64,000 nucleotides of DNA, from positions 9,289-73,288 of the forward strand of contig CAWEXP010000008.1 in NCBI GenBank assembly GCA_963813065.1. Reading direction: 5' to 3'. The position numbers and the translations under genes were made by a program. The stretch comes from Candidatus Kaiserbacteria bacterium. Lineage in GTDB: Bacteria > Patescibacteriota > Minisyncoccia > Phycocordibacterales > Phycocordibacteraceae. Within the stretch, counting starts at the first letter, position 1, and every line of letters begins with the position of its first letter. This document shows, piece by piece, positions 18,945 through 28,184 of this stretch. The notes under the pieces were generated by a model that did no database searches, was not told the origin of the DNA, and saw nothing but the letters and a program-made list of their open reading frames with translations.

Positions 18945-18973
18945 TTGACGACTAAACTAATGACCGATAATAT
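18945..18973 (+). promoter_or_regulatory. sigma70-like promoter TTGACG-17 nt-TAATAT upstream of 19000..19773
   Basis: Consensus-like hexamers with 17-nt spacing in an AT-rich intergenic region. Confidence 0.5.
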
Positions 18974-18999
18974 AGGTAGATACTAGCTATTTCTATACT

Positions 19000-19773
19000 A
19001 TGTCAATAATTATTGACCAAACGGATAGTAAGGAATTGATTGGGGGGCTAGAAACGTTAGGACTCAACGCCAAGGAGGCGCAGGTCTATCTGGCTCTCCT
19101 GCCCCGTCGGGACGTGGGGTCCTCGAAGATTGTGCTCGCGACCGGGCTCCATAAGCAGTTCGTCTACAACGCTATCGAGAAGCTGGAGCAGTTAGGACTT
19201 GTCAAGCACGTCATCCAGAACGGGCGCAAGAAATTTAGCGCCAATCCGCCCAGCCGTCTGCTCTCTATAGTTGAGGAAAAGCGCCTTGCGGCGCAGAATA
19301 TGGCCAAGCGCTTACAGGAACGATTCAGTGGTCAGCACGAACAGGACGTTGAGGTATTCCAAGGGGATTCAGCCGTCCTCGCCCACCACTACGACATGTT
19401 GGAGCGTATCGAGCAGGACCAAGAGGCACAGGTTATATGCGGCCCGACCGAGACTTTTCTTAAGATTATCGGCCCGGACGAAAAGGACGTGTTCGAGGAG
19501 ACGCGCGTGGCTAAGGGGCTACACATCCGATATCTAGGGATGGAATCTATGAGGGAACGACTCATCGAGACGAAAAAATGGCGCAAGCTTTTTGATTACC
19601 GCATATTGCCCGGCGGCCAGTCTACCGGCCAACTCGATATTGATATATGGCCTAACAACGTGACCTATAACCTCTTCGGCGACCCCCTTCTCTCCATCAC
19701 AATTACGAACAAAGCAATGACCGACGGATACCGAGAATTCTTCGAATCGCTCTGGGCGCTCTCCAAGCCATAA
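19000..19773 (+). CDS. TrmB-like wHTH transcriptional regulator, paralog family B
   Basis: N-terminal TrmB-type HTH (AKEAQVYLALLPRRDVGSSKIVLATGLHKQFVYNAIEKLEQLGLV). C-terminus shares YREFFESLW with 29853..30590 and 47695..48588. Confidence 0.7.
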   Translation: MSIIIDQTDSKELIGGLETLGLNAKEAQVYLALLPRRDVGSSKIVLATGLHKQFVYNAIEKLEQLGLVKHVIQNGRKKFSANPPSRLLSIVEEKRLAAQNMAKRLQERFSGQHEQDVEVFQGDSAVLAHHYDMLERIEQDQEAQVICGPTETFLKIIGPDEKDVFEETRVAKGLHIRYLGMESMRERLIETKKWRKLFDYRILPGGQSTGQLDIDIWPNNVTYNLFGDPLLSITITNKAMTDGYREFFESLWALSKP

Positions 19774-20036
19774 AGGACATTTTTAAATAGTTATCCCCAC
19801 CTGTGTCCTTTACACTGTCCTTGAAAGAACTATGATCAATCTCAGACGGAGGTTCTTTCTTGAACATTGGTTCTTCATCAGTTTGCGCTTTTGCGGCTTC
19901 TCTCTACGTCCGCGACGATATCGCGATTACCTGAGGAGACGAATCTGCTTCGTAAGCGCTGTTCTGTTCTTTGAGAAAGACCGCCCACACCTATGTGTCA
20001 GGGGCCCCATCATTAAGCCCCTCTCCTTTTGCCTCT

Positions 20037-20062
20037 GACCGCCCTGGGCGGTCTTTTTGTTT
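20037..20062 (+). terminator. Rho-independent terminator
   Basis: gaccgccc-tgg-gcggtc stem followed by TTTTTGTTT. Confidence 0.5.
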
Positions 20063-20071
20063 CCCGTGCAA

Positions 20072-20123
20072 CAAATCGAGGTTAAACCTTGAGAACTTGC
20101 CTTTAAGGTTTAACCTCGATTTG
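20072..20123. repeat. perfect 19-bp inverted repeat (caaatcgaggttaaacctt / aaggtttaacctcgatttg) with a 14-nt spacer, 6 nt past the cca stop
   Basis: Read directly from the sequence. Confidence 0.6.
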
Positions 20124-20128
20124 GCGCG

Positions 20129-21643
20129 CTAGCAGACGTGATGCTTCTCCATTATCTTCTGCACCTCCTCGTCTTCCTTCTCTTCCCTCTTTTGCTTGCC
20201 CGATTCACCAAGCCCCTTAAGCTCATCGTCTGGAAGAGTGAGCAATTCGATCGTTTTTGTATCCAAATAGTCTTCTGTATTGCGCGCAGGGTCTTCGAGC
20301 ACATCCTCGAGGAGCGCATTGAGGGTCCAGCCAATCCTGGGGCCAGGTTCCACGTGGAACTTCTCCATAATCCGCGTACCGTCCGTCTTAAGCATGGCTA
20401 CCGATATCGGGTCCCTCAGGGCTTGGTCAATCATCGCCATATACTTCCGCAAGCGAAACGGCTGTTCCTTGGGCCGGCCGGTGCCTATCCGGTCACAAAT
20501 CCGCAACTTCAAGAGGTCATCAATGTTCTCCCTACCCACGTTTGTAATCAGGCGCCGGACTGCTGAGAGTGTGATTTCATCGGGATCTGAAAAAAACATG
20601 TGCCAACGCACCAAATTGCTCACTTTGTCTATTGTTGCACGTGAAAATTTCAAATCCTCTAAAGCCTTCTTTGTTACACGTGCACCAACGACGTCATGAC
20701 CATGGAATGTCCACTCTTTCTTCTCATCCGACCAACGGCGGGTCTCCGGCTTAGAGACATCGTGGAAGAGGGCCGCGAGGCGAATATCGAAGTCCCAGCC
20801 CTTGTCGGCCGCATGTTGCATGGAGCGCATGAGGTGGCCAAAGACGTCGTAGCTATGGGCCTGATTCTGCTCGACGCCAATGCCGCGAACCAGGTCCGGC
20901 GAGATGTTCTCGAGGATACCGAGCTGTTGGGAGAGCACGAGGCCCATCATCGGCTTGTCCGACTTAAGAATCCGCACCAACTCATCGCGCACGCGCTCAC
21001 GAGAAACATGGCCTAAATGCTTTGCATTCTCGCTAATCGCCGCGGCAGTATCGCCATCGATACCGAAATCGAGTTCGGCAACCAGACGCACCGCGCGGAG
21101 CATGCGCAGAGCGTCCTCGTTGAACCGCTCCGAGGCGTTACCCACCGCACGCACCAATTTGTCCTTTATGTCCTTTTGACCCTCGTAGAGGTCAATAAGA
21201 TGTCCTTTACCCGTCCCTAAGACTGGGCCAGGCAGGGACTCATCAAGCGCGAGGGCGTTGATGGTGAAGTCGCGGCGCGCGAGGTCCTCTTCGAGCGACA
21301 CGCCGAAGTGTACTTCGTCGGGGCGACGCTTGTCGCTGTAGCCACTCTCGGCGCGGTAGGGAGTTACCTCAATAATTTTCAACGTCTCGTCGATCGAATC
21401 GGTTTTGACCCCGACGGTGCCGTACTCATTCTCGTAGAAAGAGTCAGGAAATACGCCCTGAATCTGCTCGGGGGTCGCGTTGGTGGTGATGTCCCAATCC
21501 TTCGGCTTCCGGCCCATGATCAGGTCGCGGACACAACCGCCGACCAGATACGCCTCGTATCCGGTCGCGCGCAGAGCGCCGCTTACCTTGGAGACTTCGT
21601 CCGGAATAGGGAAGTGCACTTGTGGTGAGTCTGGTCGAACCAT
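20129..21643 (-). CDS. cca: CCA-adding enzyme / tRNA nucleotidyltransferase with HD domain
   Basis: GGCVRDLIMGRKPKDWDITT poly(A) polymerase head motif plus an HD domain. Confidence 0.9.
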   Translation of the reverse strand: MVRPDSPQVHFPIPDEVSKVSGALRATGYEAYLVGGCVRDLIMGRKPKDWDITTNATPEQIQGVFPDSFYENEYGTVGVKTDSIDETLKIIEVTPYRAESGYSDKRRPDEVHFGVSLEEDLARRDFTINALALDESLPGPVLGTGKGHLIDLYEGQKDIKDKLVRAVGNASERFNEDALRMLRAVRLVAELDFGIDGDTAAAISENAKHLGHVSRERVRDELVRILKSDKPMMGLVLSQQLGILENISPDLVRGIGVEQNQAHSYDVFGHLMRSMQHAADKGWDFDIRLAALFHDVSKPETRRWSDEKKEWTFHGHDVVGARVTKKALEDLKFSRATIDKVSNLVRWHMFFSDPDEITLSAVRRLITNVGRENIDDLLKLRICDRIGTGRPKEQPFRLRKYMAMIDQALRDPISVAMLKTDGTRIMEKFHVEPGPRIGWTLNALLEDVLEDPARNTEDYLDTKTIELLTLPDDELKGLGESGKQKREEKEDEEVQKIMEKHHVC

Positions 21644-21694
21644 AGCGCGATAGTACCACGTGAACCCGCTATTTCGTGGTATTGTCCCTCTATC

Positions 21695-21766
21695 GCCCCG
21701 ATGGTGAAATGGATATCACAACAGCCTTCGAAGCTGTTGTTCCAGGTTCGAATCCTGGTCGGGGCA
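21695..21766 (+). tRNA. tRNA-Arg (anticodon TCG)
   Basis: Manual cloverleaf: acceptor GCCCCGA/TCGGGGC, D-arm GTGA-AATGGATA-TCAC, anticodon loop CTTCGAA, T-arm CCAGG-TTCGAAT-CCTGG. Confidence 0.8.
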
Positions 21767-21805
21767 CTACTTCGCTCAGAGTACTGAGCTTCGCAGTGCA
21801 AGCAC
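21761..21805. repeat. attL-like repeat overlapping the last 6 nt of tRNA-Arg
   Basis: ggggcactacttcgctc is identical to 27503..27519. The following ~28 nt are about 80% identical. Confidence 0.6.
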
Positions 21806-21828
21806 AAAAAAAGGCGGCCGTAGCCGCC
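21805..21828 (-). terminator. Rho-independent terminator for the minus-strand small membrane protein gene
   Basis: ggcggc-cgta-gccgcc stem with a U-tract on the minus strand. Confidence 0.5.
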
Positions 21829-21837
21829 TAGCTAAAG

Positions 21838-22095
21838 TTAGAAACAAGGTAACCAAGCACCGCAGTGATCCATCATTGTATTGAAGATTGTCGCAAGCAG
21901 TAAGCCCAGCGCTATGGCTCCAAAATTGCATACGATACCGGTGAGCGCGTATTTCTCTCTGTCTGTCACTAGTTTCTCCTTGAATTCATCCAACCAACCC
22001 TCGGGCTCGTTCTTAATCATTTCTATCTCCCTACTGTCTAAGTGACAATTTACTAAAAAATAAATTAGCGCACTACTTTTAATGCATATTTTCAT
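21838..22095 (-). CDS. small membrane protein
   Basis: AT-rich frame with a C-terminal TM helix (GIVCNFGAIALGLLLATIF). Terminator downstream. Start may be the internal Met at 22017. Confidence 0.4.
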   Translation of the reverse strand: MKICIKSSALIYFLVNCHLDSREIEMIKNEPEGWLDEFKEKLVTDREKYALTGIVCNFGAIALGLLLATIFNTMMDHCGAWLPCF

Positions 22096-22137
22096 AACTT
22101 TTGCACTTTTTGTTCATTTTATGCTATTCTGGCCCGA

Positions 22138-22950
22138 GTGATTTTCACCACACAAGAGACACTTGAAGACCGCATCATCCGGCTGGTGCTTGAAGAGAAG
22201 GCAAGCATCAAGGCGCTCCACCAACGCCTCGCGGGAGAGGAGAAGCTCTCCCTCCGCGCGGTCTACAAGGCCGTCGACAAGCTGATTGGCGCCGGCGTGC
22301 TCATTAAAGCGGGTCAGCGGGTGGTGCTGAGCGCAGAGTGGGCGGGAAGAGTCGTCGAGGGGTTACAGACTTCTCCTTTGTCGGTGCTCGGCGAGGGCGA
22401 ACGAGCGGTCTACACCTTCGCGAGCATGGAACATCTCGACGCCTTCTGGAAAACGGTAGTTCTACCGCTCGAGGCGGCGGCCGAGGAGAAAGAAATCTTC
22501 TTCTACAATCCCCACGACTTCTGGGCGTATCTCCCCGAGCGGCGGGAGAGCGAGGATGCCTATTACCGACATTTTGCAGCAACCGGGAGGCATGGTTTCT
22601 TGGTTGTTGGCGGTGAGTCGCTGGCAGATCGAGAGTTTAAGCGCACATACCAGAACGAAAACTTCCAAATTGATACGCGAAATGTGAGTTCTCTCGCACG
22701 CCGAGACCATCTCACCATCCTCGGGCCACTGGTTATAACCGTCCGCCTGCCTAAAAAGCTTGCGGCCCATATCGACGATCTCTACGCATCGGGGAAGGCG
22801 ATGTCGGCGCTCCTGCCGAGCGTGCTCGAGGCTTGCCGGGCACCCGGGACACTACGCTTTGTCCTTGAGAACCATCCGGCGAAAGCGAAGAGAATTAAAC
22901 AGCTATTGGCTAAGAATTTCTATTTCAAACAGCACGAGGGCATGTTATAG
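22138..22950 (+). CDS. winged-HTH regulator-like protein, paralog family A
   Basis: Paralog of 6300..7130 and 7556..8362 (LDAFW, PHDFW, KAKRIKQLLAKNFYF). Confidence 0.6.
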   Translation: MIFTTQETLEDRIIRLVLEEKASIKALHQRLAGEEKLSLRAVYKAVDKLIGAGVLIKAGQRVVLSAEWAGRVVEGLQTSPLSVLGEGERAVYTFASMEHLDAFWKTVVLPLEAAAEEKEIFFYNPHDFWAYLPERRESEDAYYRHFAATGRHGFLVVGGESLADREFKRTYQNENFQIDTRNVSSLARRDHLTILGPLVITVRLPKKLAAHIDDLYASGKAMSALLPSVLEACRAPGTLRFVLENHPAKAKRIKQLLAKNFYFKQHEGML

Positions 22951-22961
22951 TCTCGAACGAA

Positions 22962-23032
22962 GCGGATATGGTTTAGTGGTAGAACGCGTCCTTGCCAAGG
23001 ACGAGACGGGAGTTCGATTCTCCCTATCCGCA
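22962..23032 (+). tRNA. tRNA-Gly (anticodon GCC)
   Basis: Acceptor GCGGATA/TATCCGC, anticodon loop TTGCCAA, T-arm GGGAG-TTCGATT-CTCCC. Confidence 0.8.
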
Positions 23033-23101
23033 CAGCAGTCAGGGCCCCAGTTTTCGTCTGCGAGGCCTCGAAAATAGTTCGCAACCGCGAGGGGTATTTT
23101 G

Positions 23102-23404
23102 CTATGCCCGATGCGTTTTGCGGTGCTCGATTAGCACCTCCGCCGGAGACTTGCCGTCGAGGATGCGGTGCGGGAAGCAGTTCCAGGCATCCGTTGCGGT
23201 TTCCACTGCGTTACTCATGTTGATAGGGTCGCCATTGTCGAACATCATGATGACCTGTTGCATATCGTCGGTCTCTTCCTCCTCATAAATAGCTTCGAGC
23301 ACATCGGCAAGCTCGAAGTCGCTCCCGGTCGACTTCGAGAAATCCGCTATTTCGACCTCAAGCTCGGCGCGACGGGCAAGCAATTCCTCAATGGTTTCGG
23401 GCAT
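23102..23404 (-). CDS. hypothetical acidic protein (100 aa)
   Basis: Open frame inside the island. No family recognised. Confidence 0.4.
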   Translation of the reverse strand: MPETIEELLARRAELEVEIADFSKSTGSDFELADVLEAIYEEEETDDMQQVIMMFDNGDPINMSNAVETATDAWNCFPHRILDGKSPAEVLIEHRKTHRA

Positions 23405-23427
23405 TGGGGATATAATAGCGCACTCGA

Positions 23428-23670
23428 TTAAGACGCGTAAAAGTGCTCGCGCAATTCGTCCTCTGGTATGTAGCGGGAGGCCTGCTTGAATATCGCCACC
23501 ACCGCGCCAGTCTTGAGCTCCTTGTGGTTCGAGATGAGGAGCGTCTGCTTCTGCCCAGCTCGCTCGCGCACGAGGATGATGTGGCTTCCGCGTTGGCGCT
23601 CCACTTCAAATCCAAACTGCGCGAGCATCTTAACGACTTCTGCTCCAGAGAGACGCTTCGGCTTAGGCAT
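23428..23670 (-). CDS. hicA: HicA-family mRNA interferase toxin
   Basis: SGAEVVKMLAQFGFEVERQRGSHIIL pattern typical of HicA (YcfA-like). Confidence 0.7.
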   Translation of the reverse strand: MPKPKRLSGAEVVKMLAQFGFEVERQRGSHIILVRERAGQKQTLLISNHKELKTGAVVAIFKQASRYIPEDELREHFYAS

Positions 23671-23890
23671 GCGCGAGCGCAGGGAGCTCGAAGTTCACGA
23701 GCACCGAAGGGTCTGCGGAAAAACCGAGGTCGGAGAGGGCCTCCCCTTCCATAAAGAGGCTGACTGCTTCTTTAATATTCGCCGTAAGCTCATCAAGTGT
23801 ATCGCCTTGGGTGACGATAGGCACAGAGACGCCCTCAGCGACATAGCCGCCGTCGCTCTCGGAGACCTGGAATTGCAGGATGCCTTTCAT
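23663..23890 (-). CDS. hicB: HicB-family antitoxin (UPF0150-type N-terminal domain)
   Basis: YVAEGVSVPIVTQGDTLDELTANIKEAVSLFME matches the HicB N-terminal fold consensus. Overlaps hicA by 8 nt. Confidence 0.65.
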   Translation of the reverse strand: MKGILQFQVSESDGGYVAEGVSVPIVTQGDTLDELTANIKEAVSLFMEGEALSDLGFSADPSVLVNFELPALAHA

Positions 23891-23923
23891 ATCAGCAGTA
23901 TACCATATTTGCTCATTTTCAGC

Positions 23924-25336
23924 CTAATCCGCGAGCGTGATTTGCCGGTCATTCAATATCAACCGATCTCGCAAGTGCTCCAGCAGCTCCCGCTTCTCCT
24001 CTCGGCTGCCATTCTTCAGCAGATACTTAGCGTATTTGCGTATGTCCATCTCCTTGGCCTCGATGGTGTCCATAGTGCCATCCACCTCCGCTCGCAGCTT
24101 GTTGTACCGGGACACCTCGCGCTCGATGAGGTGCCGCGCCCCGATCTCGTCGAGGGAGATGCGGTCGATAAGAGTGGCGAGCTGCTCAAGCACGCGCTCC
24201 TCCCGCAGATACGGGTTCTTGCACTGGGTATCCTTGGCGCGAGAGCAGGAGTAATAGATGTACGATACCGGCTCTCCGGTACTGAGCAGTTTAGATTTTT
24301 CTTGCGCTGTGATGCCTGAGCCGCAGTACCCGCAGAGGAGGAGCTTGGTGAAGTTCCATTCCTTGAATCTGGTCTTTGGGCGATTCTCCTCTGCGATCTT
24401 TTCTTGTACCGCTTGGAATAATTCCTGAGTGATGAGCGGCGTATGCTTGCCGGTATACCAATTGCTCGAGCCTCGTGGATATTCGAAGACGCCACAGTAG
24501 AAGGGATTCTTGAGCATTTTGTATAGGGTAGATAGGTTCATGCTCTTGCCGATTCGGGAGGCGAAGTGCACATCGCGCTTGAGCCACCCGTGTACCTTGC
24601 GGCCGCTCCAACGCTCGACACCAACTTTCTCAAACACTTGCTTGATGATAGGGGAGCGGACTGGATCAACGAGTACCTCACAGCGATGATCCTTTCGACC
24701 ATCATTCAAGTATCCCGTTGGCGCGATGCCAGGCCAGAGTCCCATTTCGACTCGCGCTCTGAGACCGCGCTTCACGTTGACGCGCTTGTTGTCGTTCTCG
24801 AGCTTGGCCTGCGAGCCGAGAATCATGAGCAAGAACTTCTCATTCGGGTTATTGCCGAACCGCTGGCCGTACGTCCTAATGTCCACCAAGTGCTTGCTGT
24901 CCATCAGGTCCACGATGCGGCCGAGGTCTCCGGCGTTCCTGCTAATGCGGTCTGGTGCCCAGGTTAAGATGCCGTTGAACTTCCCGGCCTTCAGCTCCTC
25001 CACGATCTCGTTGAACACCGGCCGCGCCCCGGCTTCCTTGGCCGAGTGCGATTCGCGCTTCATTTCGACAATCTCCAATTTCTCCTTCTTCGCCAAGGCG
25101 AGCATCTCCTTCACCTGGCTCTCGATGCTCAATACCTGCTGTTCCTCACTCTCTGTGCTCTTGCGAGCGTAGAGGCAATACCGCACCGTCTGCACCTCCA
25201 CCAAGGGAGGAGCCGCCCCGAAACCGCCCTGAATCATTGCTGTTTCCATTGTTATTGCCGTTATTGCTAACGGTCTAAGGGATGACGCAACCCCTCGCGG
25301 GTGTCCAGCGAGGGGTTGTTGGTATCTTTTAATCAA
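23924..25336 (-). CDS. large serine recombinase (resolvase N-terminal domain + recombinase domain + zinc ribbon)
   Basis: [20 protein letters not shown] catalytic-Ser motif, recombinase domain and C-terminal Cys cluster. The true start is probably an internal Met near 25249. Confidence 0.85.
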   Translation of the reverse strand: MIKRYQQPLAGHPRGVASSLRPLAITAITMETAMIQGGFGAAPPLVEVQTVRYCLYARKSTESEEQQVLSIESQVKEMLALAKKEKLEIVEMKRESHSAKEAGARPVFNEIVEELKAGKFNGILTWAPDRISRNAGDLGRIVDLMDSKHLVDIRTYGQRFGNNPNEKFLLMILGSQAKLENDNKRVNVKRGLRARVEMGLWPGIAPTGYLNDGRKDHRCEVLVDPVRSPIIKQVFEKVGVERWSGRKVHGWLKRDVHFASRIGKSMNLSTLYKMLKNPFYCGVFEYPRGSSNWYTGKHTPLITQELFQAVQEKIAEENRPKTRFKEWNFTKLLLCGYCGSGITAQEKSKLLSTGEPVSYIYYSCSRAKDTQCKNPYLREERVLEQLATLIDRISLDEIGARHLIEREVSRYNKLRAEVDGTMDTIEAKEMDIRKYAKYLLKNGSREEKRELLEHLRDRLILNDRQITLAD

Positions 25337-25360
25337 GTTCGGTAGGTAATGCTATGATGT

Positions 25361-26791
25361 ATGCATCAAGTACCGCTCGCCATGGCTTCAGATCACTTCA
25401 GCCAAGTAGTCGATAAAATTTGGCTGGTGCCGCTAGTGCGTGAGATCGTTAACCCGATTATTCTGCTACTCGTCGCAGGCGCATTCGTGATGTTTCTTTG
25501 GGGCGTTTTTAATTTCATCAGGAATGCTGGCGATGCGACGCAACGAGAGCAGGGGCGTAATAGCATCGTCTGGGGCATAGCCGGTCTCGTAGTGATGTTT
25601 GGCGCGTACGGCATCATTAATATTGCACTAACTACTTTCAATCTCCCAACTATTCATAAAATCTCCACCGTTGCGACGAATCAGATTGGAGGTTCAAGTG
25701 GCAGTGCCTGTACTGATGCCGGAGCAACAACTGGTACTGGTGGTACAGCAACCGATATCTCAACGATGGTCGCGGGAAGTGCAAAAGTCGCCGCTAATAC
25801 TGGTGCAAATTCCTGCGCCGCTCTTGCTGCTACTGGGGGCGATACGTACAGAGAGATCTCGCTCAATCAGTGCTCCTGCACTACTACTCAAGGTGTCGTT
25901 TGTTGTGGCGAGTTTCCGGCCAGCCAACCAGACGTCATTACAATAGATCCCACTCTAACTCCCGATACAAGGATTAGCGACCTGATAACACTCACACTCC
26001 CGAACGGGACAACCCAAACTTATAACCCACAGCCTTCCTGTTCAGGCGATGCTGTGCTTGCGGCAAAGACCTTTGCGGACGGCATCACCGCAATCAAACA
26101 GTTGATGACCACTTGCCCCCATGAAGTTGGCGCAAAATTCATCACGCAAACTACCGTACCCGAGCACTGGTTCGACTATCAAGAATTCGGTGCTACGGGC
26201 GGGTACATGAGTACTTCGGTAATTGTGGCTTCCGAAAAAGCCCAGTCGGAAAATAATGCGAACTACAATGCTCCGGATGGTTTGCTGTATCCAGGTATCG
26301 GATTGTTGCATCTCGTGCACACGCACCCCACAGCTATGGCGATTCCTTACCTCCCGCCCTCCGGTACGGATATAGAATCGTGTCTCGCTACAGACTCTGC
26401 AGCAAAAAGTATTTCGATGGACTATGAAGGCACCTTTGAATATGACGTCGTTGCTCCCAATGGATTGTATTCTTTTAATTGTGACGGAACGAATAAGTAC
26501 GTGGAGCCGTTCACGCCAAGCGCGCAGCCTTGGACCACGGACGACGAGAATAAATTTCTGTCTACAGAGAAAAATATCGCCTCGCAGATAGACCAAGATT
26601 TCCCTGTTGATGAGATACTCAAGTTCCAAGATATTTATGCTGGTCCGATCGACACGGCAGGCAACCTTGCTCCCTCATCCGCCACCTTGGCGCAGAAACA
26701 ATCTGCTGTAGACGGACTTCTCGGTCTTTATAGTTCGATTGGCATTTCGGTTACGCTCACGCCGTGGGGCAGCTCGATACCAGAGTTCTAG
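25361..26791 (+). CDS. membrane-anchored, Cys-rich, Thr/Gly-rich secreted protein (476 aa)
   Basis: Two N-terminal TM helices, then low-complexity T/G/A-rich and Cys-containing (CSCTTTQGVVCCGEF) extracellular region. Low GC. Confidence 0.5.
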   Translation: MHQVPLAMASDHFSQVVDKIWLVPLVREIVNPIILLLVAGAFVMFLWGVFNFIRNAGDATQREQGRNSIVWGIAGLVVMFGAYGIINIALTTFNLPTIHKISTVATNQIGGSSGSACTDAGATTGTGGTATDISTMVAGSAKVAANTGANSCAALAATGGDTYREISLNQCSCTTTQGVVCCGEFPASQPDVITIDPTLTPDTRISDLITLTLPNGTTQTYNPQPSCSGDAVLAAKTFADGITAIKQLMTTCPHEVGAKFITQTTVPEHWFDYQEFGATGGYMSTSVIVASEKAQSENNANYNAPDGLLYPGIGLLHLVHTHPTAMAIPYLPPSGTDIESCLATDSAAKSISMDYEGTFEYDVVAPNGLYSFNCDGTNKYVEPFTPSAQPWTTDDENKFLSTEKNIASQIDQDFPVDEILKFQDIYAGPIDTAGNLAPSSATLAQKQSAVDGLLGLYSSIGISVTLTPWGSSIPEF

Positions 26792-26845
26792 TTGACAACT
26801 AGCCATATAGCCTATATAAAGGATTTTGCTCAGATGGAGGTACCA

Positions 26846-27037
26846 ATGCTCTTTACGCGACTGATTTATACGTTCGCATTTTGTCTGCTTTTAGTGGGCT
26901 GCGCAAATCAGGAATTCGGACATTGTCCCGGCCCGAACGAAGTGTATACTCATGGATCTTCGTCCGTGGATTCAAGAGCCCGCTTCGAGTGGCTCAGAAA
27001 GTGCACCACCGAACCCGCCGCTAATCATTCAAGATAG
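26846..27037 (+). CDS. small lipoprotein
   Basis: GGAGG sits 6 nt before ATG 26846. Signal peptide with lipobox LLLVGC. Terminator overlaps the stop codon. Confidence 0.5.
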   Translation: MLFTRLIYTFAFCLLLVGCANQEFGHCPGPNEVYTHGSSSVDSRARFEWLRKCTTEPAANHSR

Positions 27038-27048
27038 CGGCGGGTTTT
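27013..27048 (+). terminator. Rho-independent terminator
   Basis: cccgccgcta...tagcggcggg stem followed by TTTT. Confidence 0.55.
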
Positions 27049-27502
27049 ATGTTCAAAATATCGGCATTTGTAGGCATTTCGGAGCCTGCCACATGAGTGT
27101 CTAATGTGTCTAGCGTTCCAAAATGCGACATGCCCAAAACGCTCTTTTGACGTTGCATTCTATATCACTTTGACCCCCGACCCCCTGTCAGATTTGTAAG
27201 GTTGCAGTCCGCCTTCCGAACACAAACCGAACAGTCAAAATAAGCCTTTTCGTGTTCGGTTTGTTCGCTTTTCCAGTCCGCAACCGCGAGGGATGCACTG
27301 GAAACAGGCGAGACACGCTCTAAACGTTAGAATACCCTTATTCTGCTTGCTGGAATCGCTAAAACGAGACAGTGTCCGATATACCCGACCCGTGTCTCAT
27401 TTGTCTCATTTTGTACCCGACCGCGAGGCCTCGATCCGGGTGAGCGACTACTCGCCAAACGGCCCTTGTGTTGCCTCACCTGGGCCAGTTCAGTACAGTG
27501 AG

Positions 27503-27548
27503 GGGGCACTACTTCGCTCGGATTACCGAGCTACGCAGTGCACGGCAC
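27503..27548. repeat. attR-like repeat
   Basis: See 21761..21805. Preceded by ccagttcagtacagtgaggg, which resembles a degraded tRNA T-arm and acceptor. Confidence 0.6.
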
Positions 27549-27667
27549 CAAGTTTGTCAGCGGGTCAAATAGTTGGGGATATCGCGGGGGATACTGGGGA
27601 TAAAGGACATGTCTTTGTTGAGCTCGGGTATAAAATAACCAGCAAATGAGCCGTTTATCTAAAAGCC

Positions 27668-28063
27668 GTGGACCTCTCCTCTAAGACGCGGAAAGAGGTC
27701 GGTGCTCTGGGAGAAGCCATTGCCGCCGAGTATCTTAAACGGCGCGGATTCTCGATAGAAGACAGAAATATCGCGCGGAAGACGGGCGAGCTCGACCTCA
27801 TCGCGCGCGAAGGAAGCGTTTTACATTTCGTAGAGGTGAAGACGGTGTTGGCGGATGAATTTCCTGATGAGAAATATGCGACCGATGAGTATGATCCTTC
27901 GCTCAACTTGCACGAATCGAAAATACGGAAGGTGGCGCGGACCGCCGAGTGGTACGCGATGGAGAAAGGTTGGGAAGGGGATTGGCAGGTGGATGGGTGC
28001 CTGGTCTGGCTCCGCAGACGCGACGGCCTCGCGCGGGTCCGCTACCTACCGCAGATTGTTTAA
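27668..28063 (+). CDS. yraN: YraN-family (UPF0102) endonuclease
   Basis: GALGEAIAAEYLKRRGFSIEDRNIARKTGELDLIAREGSVLHFVEVKT matches the UPF0102 consensus. Confidence 0.75.
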   Translation: MDLSSKTRKEVGALGEAIAAEYLKRRGFSIEDRNIARKTGELDLIAREGSVLHFVEVKTVLADEFPDEKYATDEYDPSLNLHESKIRKVARTAEWYAMEKGWEGDWQVDGCLVWLRRRDGLARVRYLPQIV

Positions 28064-28112
28064 TGGTACAGTGGCGAAGACCCTTCTTCGCCAAAGGCTA
28101 CGAAGGGCACGG

Positions 28113-28183
28113 CGGGGCGTTGTGTAACGGTAGCACGCGACCTTTGGGAGGTTGTAGTCCGAGTTCGAATCTCGGCGCCCCGA
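28113..28183 (+). tRNA. tRNA-Pro (anticodon TGG)
   Basis: Acceptor CGGGGCG/CGCCCCG, anticodon loop TTTGGGA, T-arm CCGAG-TTCGAAT-CTCGG. Ends 1 nt before the pirin start codon. Confidence 0.75.
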
Positions 28184-28184
28184 C

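Larger units (their letters stand above)
21761..27548. mobile_element. candidate ~5.8 kb integrated island at the tRNA-Arg 3' end
   Basis: Imperfect direct repeats (~45 nt, 40/46 identical) at 21761..21805 and 27503..27548. A degenerate tRNA 3'-half remnant precedes the right repeat. Carries a serine recombinase, hicAB, a secreted Cys-rich protein and a lipoprotein, with lower-GC genes. Confidence 0.5.

Noticed and set aside
19832-20038. 68-aa plus-strand ORF, and a 28-aa minus-strand peptide with an AGGAGA site
   Set aside because: Both fall in a terminator- and repeat-rich spacer. Too short and unconserved in appearance to call, so I left them as possible spurious frames.
24016-25172. Multiple ORFs antisense or out of frame to the serine recombinase
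   Set aside because: The recombinase frame carries the catalytic motifs. The others are frame artefacts.
27567-27600. Possible CRISPR-like short repeats (GGGGATA x3)
   Set aside because: Repeat units are only 7 nt with 2-4 nt spacers and there are no cas genes, so this is not a CRISPR array. No CRISPR arrays or rRNA genes were found anywhere in the window.
27293-27649. 118-aa plus-strand ORF
   Set aside because: Spans the structured non-coding spacer and the attR-like repeat. It has no ribosome-binding site and no sensible composition, and it overlaps the tRNA-remnant sequence.
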